Source: Podarcis bocagei (taxonomy: Eukaryota). Taken from it: a DNA stretch of 64,000 nucleotides. Location of the stretch: NCBI GenBank assembly GCA_964188305.1, contig OZ076889.1; one strand, given 5' to 3'. Below the pieces are notes generated by a model. That model did not search any database, was not told where the DNA came from, and saw nothing but the letters and a program-made list of their open reading frames with translations. The position numbers and the translations under genes are program-made. Shown piece after piece: positions 40,401-52,738 of this stretch (position 1 is its first letter; each line of letters begins with the position of its first letter).

Positions 40401-43400
40401 GCAATCTGAAAGACCAAATTGAAAGAAGCCTAGAGGCTGTATATTTCATTGGGTCCCAGGGGAAATGAGGAATACAGCTTCCTTCTGCTTTGCTGGGATA
40501 TAGCCAAAAACTTTCTAGAGGCTCTGTTTCTGACAGAGGCTTGTTGAAGGGGGGAAAAACAACCTTCCAACCATCACCCATAGGACCATAAATCTGACAT
40601 TTCCCACAGTTTCTTTGAGGCAGGGATGTTGCTGTGTCAGCAATATGTCCTGAATCTTATGCTTTGTATTGTTTGCAAAGGAGCAGTCAAGGGACCTCAG
40701 ATGCTTTTTCTTTACTGTCCAGCCATTCCTGTGGTACAAAGTCACAGAGCTTTATAAGATACATAGATCAGAAGAGAATCAAACTTTTTCCAGAACTGGT
40801 GCTCTGCACATGCATTTATTTATTTTTTACTATTGGGGGAAAAAAGAATTAAAATTGAAAGTTCCATTTCCCCTGATAAATAAAGCAGACTGGGGTGTGG
40901 GTATCCGTGGGTGTGATACAATTCAGTCTGACGTCTCCCAACAAAAACATACAAGGAAAAAATCCAAGATCGATGTGTGTGTAATCCTTGAAATATTTGT
41001 CCTTGGTAGATTGGTAGAAAGCATTATTAAACACACTCCTCTTAATGCAAGCAGCATTGAATTCAGTGGAACTTTCTTCTGAGTAAACCTGCAAAGGATT
41101 TATTTTTAAGGCTTTGTTTATTTAAATGGATATAAATATTCCTGTCCAAGTAGCAATCTCAGCATGACTTCTGCAAGGCAAAATTGTGCACTGCTAATCA
41201 TTTACATATATCTAAAGGAAAAAGAAGACAAGCAAACGTGGTCCATACATACTGTAAGCCTAGATACACAAAAAGACCCTTGTTAGTGTCTTTTTGTTAG
41301 TAGGTCGATTAATGAAGTTGCTAAACATGGCATGATACTGTATAGATAAATAGATACTTTTTGTTGTATCATTGTTTCATAGTGTTAGGCCTTGGTGTTC
41401 ACAAGAATCTGTAGAGTTTGCTGAAAACATTAGCTTTAGTGTGCTCCATCGTAGAAATGGCCAGTGCATGGTTTAAGATTTATTAGCAACTAAATCAAAA
41501 AAATAAAATGGAAAGTGTCTAATAAGAGGCAGCAAGTATAATGTGAAGAAGAAATAAATAAATGTCTACAGGATACCATTGCCATAATTACCATTACAGT
41601 ACAGTACTTTTTAAAGAACTTTTAAAAGAAATATAGGACTGCCTGAAGCTGCTAGGCATAATATCTAGAAATGCATCCTATGCATGCAGTGAAAATCTCA
41701 GCTCTGATATGCAGGGTCAAATGCAGAATAGGTTTCTCCATCTTGCTGTGCGTGTGACCTTCCCATGAGCATCCAGATACCTACAGTCAAAGATGAAATA
41801 CTGATTTCAATGGACCATCGTTCAGACATAGCATGGCTATTTATTCTGTTGTTTTGTGTTCTTATTCTGAAAGGTACAACTGCTATGATGATTTGAAGTG
41901 AACAGATACAATGTGTCTTTATTAATTTATTTATCCATAGCATTGCCCAACAGATACTTCAGTTTTCAGAACTGTAGATTTAATTGTCCAATGGATCTGC
42001 AAACATTTTATTCCCTTCTATTGTATACCACAGAGAGGTTAACTTCCTGTGCATGCTTTGTTGGTTCGTTGTCCCTGCAGTGACCCAAGTGTATAGAATG
42101 TACCAACAATTTGCTAGCAAGGCACAAACTCTCTGTATTGGCTTTTGCACATTGATCTTGTATGTGTTTTTCCCATTACATTGGTGGATAGCCCTGAGCA
42201 CAATTAATTTGTTTGTGTGGGCATCTCCTTCCTCCTCTATTTGCCACCCCTGGGACTAAAATGGAGGTAGAGAACATTTTGGGGCCTGAGGGCCACGTTG
42301 TCCAATGGAAAACTGTTGGGGGCCACATTCCAGTTGCACAAAGAAACAAATTTTCCATAGAAATTATATTTAATCCTATGTGTTCTTCGTGAAAGAATAC
42401 AAATAAGGTCAGTGCACAGCAGAAATGCAAGCCCTCTTTACGGCTATTTAAAGCTTTAAAATGCAGTTGCACCCAGCAAATTTATTGCATGCAATTGTGA
42501 AGTGTACATTTGGCATATTGATAAGGGACACAAGTTGGCTGAGACACTTTCCTCTCTGCTTGAGCTCTTGCAGAAAAGGGAGCATCAGAAAAGGGAACAC
42601 ACGACAGCCAGGGTGGAAGGTGGGGTACAGACAGGTTGCTATGTGAGCCTGGAGCTGCCACAGCAGTCTGGCCCTGGTCTGCCTCAATGCTGTCATGTAA
42701 CAGCAGGAAGGCCAATACAGTGGATCCTGGGCCAATTCAGCCTCATCACCTCCCTACCCACAGAAAGCCTCATTTTGGGACTTTATAAATATGCAACATT
42801 GGGCTGTGGAAACATTGAGAAAACCCCTTACAATTCCTAAACTGTTAAAATGCTGTCCTTAATCATTGTTGCACGTATTAAGAACTGTTGGTTCTGTTGG
42901 TTATCATTTACAGGGCCACAGTATCCCAAATTAGTTTTAGGTATATAACTGACACTTATCATTCTTCTACATCCATTATTTGCTCTTTCGTGTGTTTAAC
43001 AGTATAAAACACTTGTGTAATTCAAAGGAATATAGATTTCAGCCAAACTGCCTTCAAAATTATCTTCTTTCCTTTGATTTTTTTTCAATGATTTTTAAGA
43101 CTTCATATGTTTGAACTGTATTCTGTCTCTTTAGTCTCAGCATGGCATAGGATTTACAGATTTTTAATTTATTAAAGATATAGAATTGTAAAGGAAAAAT
43201 AGAAGTAAAACAGAGCCTAATATGGAAATATTATCAGGAGTTATAGATGATACAGCCAGATGAACAAAATGGCATTGTTCTTTTACTTCAGTGTAAGGAT
43301 TTAAACAAGGAGCTTAAATAACATCAGTTATGATAATGAAAATCAACAAAACTAATTAGTGACTTTCCTAATGCAATACATTAGTTCTCTTAGTAAAGTT

Positions 43401-46400
43401 TCAGTTATTCAGAAAGTGGACAATGGTAACTCAGTAGAGGTGGGGAGTTGCACTTCTGCTCATTTTTGAAGCCTGCAGAAGCATTCCCTGGTTATAGTTT
43501 TCAATGCTACATGATCATTTTCATTCTGAAACAGAAGTAGAAAGTGATGCTCTCTGCCAGTATCATGACCAATCTTTAAATTGGTCTCTTAAAGCTTTGC
43601 TATTTTTAATTTCCCTTCCAAGCTGCAGTTGCTGAGCACGAAATCAAGTGAAAAATAGCCTTTACTTAATATTTTGAGTGCAACATTTTAAAGCTTTCTC
43701 TCCATCCCATATGCTTTATATTAAAAAGAGAGTAGCATAGTTTTCTCTACTTCACTCACATTGGTGAGCATCTGCTGCCCTTCCAATGAGAAGTTATTTT
43801 TAAAATGGCGAGTTTCTTAACATATAACCTAGTACTTTGAGCTTTGGCACAATCTACTGCAGCATATTGAATCTGCGGGATACTATTATCTTTCCAAGTT
43901 TTTAACTCTAGCATCTTCGTGAGCAACTTACCGACAAGCTATCAGATTAAAAGGGGGAGGGAACTTTATCACGGCACAACAAATCTGTTTTAGGAATGCC
44001 TGTAATGATACAGATGCAACTATAATGCACCCTTAATATCATGACATTTGGGTTTGTTTCTAAATTCCAATTCAGTTTTCTTGTAAGCAACTCCCTCTGA
44101 TTCTGTGTGAAATAAGGATGTTTGTGTATTTGACTATTACCTGTATGGGTATGCAAAGGTGTAGGGGGAAATTTATGCACGCATGAACACCATATGAACT
44201 TGACACGACCTTTTGTTTTACTATATACCAAGGGCCTAGGCTGCAGCCGCCCTAGGAGGACAAATATGCTACTCTGGTCTCAGTTGATTAAAAGAAAAAG
44301 TGTTGGTTTGGGTATGAGACAGATATAAGAAACAGTGCAATTGTGTAAGACTGGCAAAATTAGGAACTTAGAAATTGTGCTCAAATCTGTTTTCTGTAGT
44401 TCAGTATATTTTCAAATAGTTTGTTCCCCCAAAAAAGGTCTTTAAAAACACTTGAAAAAGAAGCACATTGTTTCACATTGTTTGAAATAAAGACCAAGAA
44501 ATGGCAAGTCATTGGGGGGGGGGATGCTTTTGGCTACTGCAACTGAATATGAATTTAGCCAAACTGACGCAGAAGCTGTATCAAAAGGTGTTAGGTTCAT
44601 ACTCTAGCAAATATAAATATTTCAGCCACTACATGAACCTATCATTTAAAAATAACTTTGCTAGAGTCATGTTTTTCTCACTGATTTATTGGGCTGCTAA
44701 GAATTGATCAAATAAATATTGACCTCCCACCCCAACAAACCTGAACAGTGAGTGTGGGGGGTTGTTGTTGTTGTTTGGTGTCTTTTTTATTCTTAAGTAT
44801 TCTGGCATATTGGAACAGATGAGGTTCCTCTCATTCATTATGGTGGAGTTTCTTATTAAAAATGAAGATAACTTAACCCAATGGATTTCATATCTTTTGC
44901 CCAATTAGAATACCCTATGTGGGTCCTCAGACTTCCAATATTAAAAATATTTCAGAAAATGGGTCTTAGAAAGACCTCTTCTTAAGAGACACCAGACAGA
45001 CAGCCCCAGTTAGGGTTGATAGTACTGATTTTAATTGACTGTTGGTTTCTCTACTGGTTTAAGGATATCACTTGTAGAACCAGATAGGGGTTTTGGTAAA
45101 TATTGATACCAGTCTGAATTTGAAGGAAGCCACTCTGGTTTCACATTGGATTCAGAGTAGGTAGTCCCATGTGGAAGAGTATTTTTAATTATGTATGCCA
45201 GAACTCAGAGTGATACAGTAAGCCTTCTGTCATTTAGCTGCAAAGCACAGGGAAGAAATTTCCTTGTCCAGTTGTACAACATGAGACTGAAGAAGTGAAG
45301 AGCCAGCAGCAGATCTCCTGGGCCTAACTGGTTGCAGTTGTCCACATCAGTAGTCTTCTAAACTATCAGTTGGGCTAGCTAAGTAATCAGAACTGGACTC
45401 CAACAAATGGGCTATCAAGGAGAACAAGGTGGAGGAAACTCAAATAATCATTAACATTCCACATTAGCCTTTCAGCCCTTGCTTCCCAAGATTGTTGGAC
45501 CTGAATGTAGTCAGTCACCCTGCTAAGGTCACAGATGAACATTTTATGATCAAGTACATTGGTCCATCCCAATCCATAAATCCACCCAGGAGCTGAACAG
45601 GAAGCATTCAAGGTTATTCTGACAAGGAGGCATATTTGTAAATTGCCGACTTTCTTCTGAAAGGAAAAATTCTCATACCATGGTGTCATTCACTTGGTAT
45701 CCAACCTGCTAAAGTCAAGGTTTGAGATTTCTTGCAAGATTGTCAGGATGAGGTTCTCAAACTGAATATTGTAAAGAGACACCTTGAAGTCCTAGAGAGC
45801 ATAATTTCCAGACTTCTTCATATATTAAGATTTTTAAGGGTAAGTGCTGTTCTCTTTTTAGAACCTATATTCAAGACTTCCTTTGATACATTATGCACAG
45901 TATTGTGTTATTTATTATGCATTGAAAATATCATTCCTTATCTCTTCCACCAGGAGGGTGTTGGAGCTGGGTTCCATGCCAGGCCAGCCTATATTTGTGA
46001 GCGAGTATGCCTTTCATATGTCGCAATGGTTCTTCACCTCAATCCAGGCTTTAAGACATGATTGGGCAGCCCCTTCTGTTTCTGCACACCATTCACATAC
46101 AAAGTGGAGGGTTGGGTCTGATTTTTACAACAAAAGAAGCACAAGGTTGATATTGGCTCCTCCCCAACCTCTTCCATTGCTTTTGACACTTTTCACCCCA
46201 AACTGCTATCAGAGTTGGGCTGACAGAAAAGTGCATACTGTGTCCCCATTCTGTCCAATTTGGCTGTCAGTCTTAAATTCTAGTTGGAGGTGAAGAACCA
46301 TTCTATTTGTGTGAAGAAGACATAGGCTGGTGCCTTTTTTTTTTTTTACTGTTGGCAAGAACTGACATGGTTCTCTTTCTCTCTTTTCTGGTCTTATTTA

Positions 46401-47277
46401 TTATTGGGAAAAGGTAGGGATTCCCCTTATGTACAAAATGCCCTCAAGGTATTTTTCTTCAGTACAACACATTTCCTGGTAGATTTCTCTTTCTCATAAC
46501 TGTGACATGTTAATAGGAGTATGAAGGTGTTTACTTCCTCCATTGCAAAGTTGCTCAAGCCCTGCTTTTTAGAAACTTTGAAAAAGAAAAAAGAACCATG
46601 GGACTTCCTCTGCATTATATGTCATATCTCGTTTGCAAGAGGGACCAGCATGTTGCTGTGTCCTGCAATCTGGAGTGTCCCTGGAGGCGTGTAGATAAGC
46701 TTCATATCTCTTTGTAAGATATTACAGAATTGAGACACTTTCATCTGCAAATGCTGTGTTTGGGCATACAGTACTTCAGGCTATCCTAGACTAATTCTTT
46801 CTTCTTAACAGGAGAGTTAGTGTTCACTTTATTTGGAGTATACCCTTTCTTTACTGCCCAGTGGCACACACTACGTTGTGGGGTTGTACTGCTTTGGTAC
46901 ACCCCATTCACCTGGAGTGACAACAGATATAACTTAAAGAACAGCCAAGTGGTTCTTACCTATTAGTTGATCTTCAGCCATATCTGCTGCCACTGTTGGT
47001 TGTCCCTCTAAGAACAAAGAATGTGTGTGTATATATAAACCAAAAGAGAAAACAAAGCTGGAAAATATCTTAGTGTAGTTTCTGAGATTTGTATAGCCTT
47101 GAGGAAAGAAAACTGCTACATTGAAGGGGAATGAAAATGTCTTCCCTGTTCCTAAACTTTGGTTTTGACGCTGCAGTTTTGGTTTATATTTTTTGAGATT
47201 TTTGAAGTGCTGTTTCTTGCTTGCTGCTTGGGAAGTTATTGACAGACAAACCACAGGAAAGGGTCGCTGAGGCAGTC

Positions 47278-47280
<3 letters not shown>

Positions 47281-47322
<42 letters not shown>
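47281..47322. repeat. (GAT)14 microsatellite
   Basis: Read directly; it accounts for the poly-M, poly-D and poly-H ORFs. Confidence 0.95.
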
Positions 47323-47328
47323 AATTTA

Positions 47329-47557
47329 CAGTCATACCTCATGTTATGGACGCTTCAGGTTACGTGTTTCCGGGTTACGGACTGCGGGAAACCCAGAAGT
47401 ACCGGAACAGTTTACTTCCGGGTTTCGCGGCTCGTGCATGCGCAGAAACGCCAAATTGCGCTGGCGCCTGCACACACACAGCGCTTCAGGATGTGAACGC
47501 TGCGGGTTGCAGACATGCCTCCGTCATGGATTACGTCCGCAACCCGAGGTTCCACTG
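47329..47557 (-). mobile_element. Tigger/pogo-like MITE, family C, inserted in an L2 tail
   Basis: TA|CAGTCATACCTC...GAGGTTCCACTG|TA; internal aacccagaagta...tacttccgggtt palindrome shared with 10942-11186. Confidence 0.88.
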
Positions 47558-47559
47558 TA

Positions 47560-47893
47560 TTATTTATACCCTGCCCATCTGGCTGGGTTTCCCCAGCCAC
47601 TTTTGGCTGCTTCCAACAGAATATTAAAAACACATCAATCATTAGAAACTTCCCTAAACAGGGCTGCCTTCAGATGTCTTCTAAAAGTCAGATAATTGTT
47701 TATTTCTTTGTCAACTGATGGGAGGGCGTTCCACAGGGCAGGCACCACTACCGAGAAGGCCCTCTGCCTGGTTCCCTGCAACCTCACATCTCGCAGTGAG
47801 GGAACCGCCAGAAGGCCCTCGGCACTGGACCTCGGTGTCCAGGCTGAACGATGGGGTGGAGACGCTCCTTCAGATATACTGGGCCAAGGCTGT
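47560..47893 (-). mobile_element. Young L2 LINE 3' fragment
   Basis: tatttataccctgcccatctggctgggtttccccagccac...gagaaggccctctgcctggttccctg; nearly colinear with 63649-64000. Confidence 0.9.
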
Positions 47894-50800
47894 GTACTGA
47901 TACCAGTACACTTTCTATCCTGAACAGTGAAGCATATCCTATACTCCTGGAGTAGCAGTGAGATAATTCATCTCAGAGGTAAGAATCTTGTTGGCCCTTT
48001 CCCTCACATTTGGTCAACTGTTTTATTATTTACTTAGTAAGACATTTATATTATGTCCTTCTGGTGTAAAAACGCTATTGCAATTTCATTCTCATCAGGA
48101 GAAGCCCCGCTTGGGAGAGGGATTGGGAGAACACACAGAACAGTCTGTTGGGTGCGAAGAGGAGGGATTGTTCTATCGGGCAAGATGAAAAGTTTGCCAT
48201 GATGAAATCACTAGCTCAGTGTTGAATTTCTCCCTACATATTTTATAATCTATCTTTGTCATAATACAGTTAATATTGTGACTATTTTACAGCCACTTTT
48301 CAGATTACACCGAGATGACAGGTTTAAGGGAAAGATCTAGAGTAAAAAATGATCTGGAATAATTTTTAAAATTTGGACACCATAATTAACACCATGTCTG
48401 CCTGCTTGTTGGCATAAATCATCACAGGTCCGATCAGCATTTTAAACTGCTCTGTGGTGCACATATGCAGCAGAACTATGATGGCTCTAAATAGGGCAGT
48501 TCAGATATTTCAAAGCACTTGAGATTAGTACAGTGTGAAGTAATTTAAAATTATTGTACTGCAATTAATTTTAAATAACTGGACTCTGCATATGTCTAGA
48601 AAGCCATACAGATCCAATTGGAAGCTCTCTAAAATTTTAAATGGCCCAATAAATTTAAATCACGTTAGAATTCATAGAAGTGGATAATGTAAATCAGTCG
48701 TAAGGGCAGGTTAGGAAATGGATAGGAGGACGGAGACTCTAATTTGAATAGATATATATTTTCAGTTTGGAGTTTATAATGATGAAATGTGATCTTAAAT
48801 TCTCTAAGATAAGGAGGACATCAATTGTTGATCCGTGTTGTTCTTTATTTTTTCATATTGTGGATGCTCAGGAATGCAAGTTTCCATTAATACTTTTTTT
48901 CTGTATTACAAGGGTTGTGTTGTTATCACCCTACCTCCTTCCAGCATAATACCTTTGTCATGATTCAGATAATAGGAGCCTATGCCTAGCCACAAAACAT
49001 ATTTTACCATAAAGTAAAAGCAGCCTAGAAACTTTGCATATGCTACACAATGGTGATAACTTATTGCCAATGAAGAATGAAGAGCCAGTCCAAGTATTAT
49101 GAAGAAATGATAAACGTGCCAGCACCAATGAACACTTTGGTACTAACCAGTGATAGCAGGAACACCAATAGGAAATGAGGTTAATTCCAACTCTTCTGAG
49201 AGAGCCATAAATGATCTCAAATTTGGAATGTTTTCATGGTGAATTTTTGGTTGTAGAATCTTCACTACTTTTATTCAGCTCCACCTATTGCTGCAAAGGT
49301 ATAAGTACTCATACCTACGCTAATTCAACTCTTCTCCCCCCCCCTTTGGAATTTGCTTCATCTCCTTTTTCTAAACTGCCAACCCCTAATCAGTATACCA
49401 TTGGAGCCATTGTTACTTTCCTTGGCAACCAGTTAGGAAGTGAGTGCAAGTCGCAAGACTGGGTGCTGAACAAAAAGTTCTTTATGAAGTGCTTTAAGGT
49501 TCAGGTTAATGTTGGTTGCGTATAAGAGGGGTTTTTCTTTTGGTTTTTTTAAGGGTTCACTCCCAATCTTGGCTCACGTCTTGCAGGCAAATCCAGAGTG
49601 GTGGAACTGCAGGAGGCCCCTCAAGAGCTCCTTCCTTGAAGCTGTACCTTTCTTTTAGACAGTTGTCATTATCTTTGTCTAAAGGTCACGGCTAAATTGA
49701 ATAAAAGGAAAGCTGTGTGTTCCTGTCGATGCACAAAGGCAGTATTGACTTTCCTAATCCAGTTTGCTGAGGGGTGAGAGAATTAAATTAGATATCTAAG
49801 CACAGAAATTGAGAGCCTTTGAAAACAAAGATAAGGAGACAGGCTGTATTTTCCCCCTTTTTTTCCCTGGGAGCTCTGGGCTCACGATTTTGCAGGTGTG
49901 TCATCTGATCCATGGCTTGCATCGATCAAAACTGTGCCAATGCATATTTAATTAGCAAGGGGACCCTGGATGCATTATGGCCATCATCCGTATATTGAAT
50001 GGACTGTCAGACTTTTTGAATGCTTCCCAGCTACCCCCCCTCCTCCCACCCCGCTTGCTTTGTCGTTTGGGGAGCTTCTGCATTTTGTCTGAGCAGCTAA
50101 AAGTTTCTTTGTTTTTAGTTGCTGATGCATACAACACGACTGAGGAGAATACAAACAAGTTAAGTTTATTTTGTCTTCGGGGGAGGGGAAGCCTGAAAAT
50201 TTGGGTTTTAATTCCTTTGGGCAACAGATTTTCTCCTCCTGTGTTGTTCTTTTTTAGCGTAGTTGTGCAGTGTTTTAAGAATATTTTCATAAAGCCGGAA
50301 GCCTTTTATGACAGTATGAATTAAGTCAAAAGTTAATGTATGCTGCTACAAAAGAAATATGGTCTAGTAATAAACAAAGGGAGCAAACCTCTAAAAAAGC
50401 AAACATTTATAAGTGTATTAAAAACTAGTAACAAATTCCCCCTCCCCTCTGAAACTCTGTTGCCTATCACTCCATACCAGTACATTGTTCATGCAAAAAA
50501 ATAGAATAACTTAAACTGAAGCCAAATTCTATATTTTTTTGAGTCTTGTAAATATCATATTCATATTATATATACAGTTCTTGAGATATAGCCTGCAATA
50601 AGGATCTTTTGTGCAGCCCCCCCCCCCAAAAGTCACCTTGGAGTTTCTGGGAACTCCTTTTTACAAAGCGGGACAACTCAGACAAAGTGTTGCTTGCTAA
50701 ACAGATGTAATACACAAAGTCTGCTTAGAATAAAGGGCAGCAGACTGTGCGCACATGTTTTGGTTTCATTCATGCTCATCAGCATAGTCTAGCTAGTTGT

Positions 50801-52684
50801 TTTTGCTCATCTACTTATGGGCTGTCTTAGTACAATTTTCTGGTATGGTAACAAGGAGTGGGAGGTTGGGGGGGATTGGCCACAAAAGTTTGCTGCAAGG
50901 GCTCCTGGGAAATATACTTGCAGACATCTTCTCACAAAGGCTGACTGCTTCCTGGCTTAGACAGAGTGTTGCCTGATAAACAGACTTAACACAGAAATGT
51001 CTGTCTGGAATAAACAACAGCAAGCTTTGATTTACATTTCTATTATCAAAGATAATCTCTTTCCCAGTGTATGGGAATTAAGAGTCCTCTCACAAAAATG
51101 AGGCTAGGGTTGCTGTGATTTTACCACTGTGTGGAACCTTTTTTCTCAGGAGTTAATGGGATACAACTTAGGTAAATAGAGTTGCTGAAAAGGAAAGGAC
51201 TTTGAAGTTAAGGGGTAGGGTAGAGCAGTGAAGAGCACTTGAACAACAAGTTGAATATACTGTACCTGTATCTATACTGCTGAAGGAAAATTGGAAGCTG
51301 ATGTAAGTTGCAGGTGGTAAGCAAATCCACCTAATTATTTTTTTTCTCAAATGCCCACCTTAGGCTAGGGATGGGGATTTGCGGGGGGGGTGTTAGGGAA
51401 CACTGTTGGAGTACCCTCAGGCAGTCCTGCATCTCTTTATACTTACCCAAGAAAGCGCACAGACTTATCCCAGAGTTTCTTCCATGGTGTAAAGCTTCAT
51501 TTTCTTGCCATTAATGGCTCTGTCCTCTCCATCCACATCACTGAAACTGGAAATGCCTGTCCTCACCATACTTCTTTCTGAGTCCTTCGATTATATACGT
51601 TGCAAGGGATCACACCTCCATTTTCTGAAAAGCATTCATGGGGGAAATAAGCCATCCCACAAAGTTCTGCCTGTTATTCAAATCAGGCTCCCAATTGACA
51701 CTCCCAGTGACTACTACTCTCAGAAAACTATACAAATGTGCTACCTTGCCTCTACCTACAGTATTGGGTTTTTAGATGTTAAGAGACATGAATGTTGTCC
51801 CATAGCATCGTTCTTTGACTCCATGAAACTAAAATATGTATAACCTAGTCCTAAACATGTTTATTCATACATAGTTGGGTGCTGTTGGGTTCACTGAGAG
51901 TTCCTTCACCATGTATATGTTCCATATTGCAACTCATGACAGCAAAAGCAATTTCCATGCGTGAAAGAAAAGCCACATTTGGGCAAAGATCAGAGATAGT
52001 ATATATTCCTCTTCCCCCCAAAATAATTTAAATGGAGATATTTGACATACTTTGCTCAATGAATATGTGATCTGTAGCCATAAACTAGCCCATAGTATTA
52101 TTTTCCTTCAATCTTCTACTCATAGTCTTCTGCACATGTTTATTATAAATGTCATTATTATTCATTACGAATAATGACTTTTTGGGTTTGGATCACCTGC
52201 CATCTTCTCAGTTCCAGTTGTTAATGGGTTTATAGGTTTATCCCCAAGTTGTCAGGGGAAAAATAGAGAGTAGAATTCTTTGAATCAAAAAGGTCAAAAG
52301 GCTTTTTCTATGTTAGAGAAAGAGGCTGCAGCTTTCTGTGGTTTTTAGAGACTGATAAAGTTTCAGGATCCGAGTTAGGATTTTGATATAATATTACTGT
52401 GCCTGTGAAAGTCAAGAAATCCTGTCTAAAGGCTAAAAAGTCTCAGAAAACCTGATCATGAAATCAGATGCTGCATCAGAAGAAGAAAGTTTGGCTCGTC
52501 TGTCATGCCATTTCTCTCATTAGACACAGTATATTCATCAAAAGTAGAGGAAATATATGTGATTACTAGGGGCTGTCTTCCTTTCTGTTGTTTCCCACCT
52601 ACCCATCCACCCCTTGCTAATTCCCTCCCTTTACACCTTGCCCCAAGCCCTATCCCCTCACAACTCCCTCCAACCCACTTCACT

Positions 52685-52738
52685 TCTCCTTCACCATCCC
52701 ACCATCTCCTTCACCATCCCCTTCTCCTTCACCATCCC
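52685..52738. repeat. Three copies of the 16-mer TCTCCTTCACCATCCC within a C-rich low-complexity tract
   Basis: Copies at 52685-52700, 52705-52720 and 52723-52738. Confidence 0.9.

Noticed and set aside
46934-47695. Poly-His, poly-Asp and poly-Met ORFs
   Set aside because: Translations of the (GAT)14 microsatellite plus adjacent MITE and L2 sequence.
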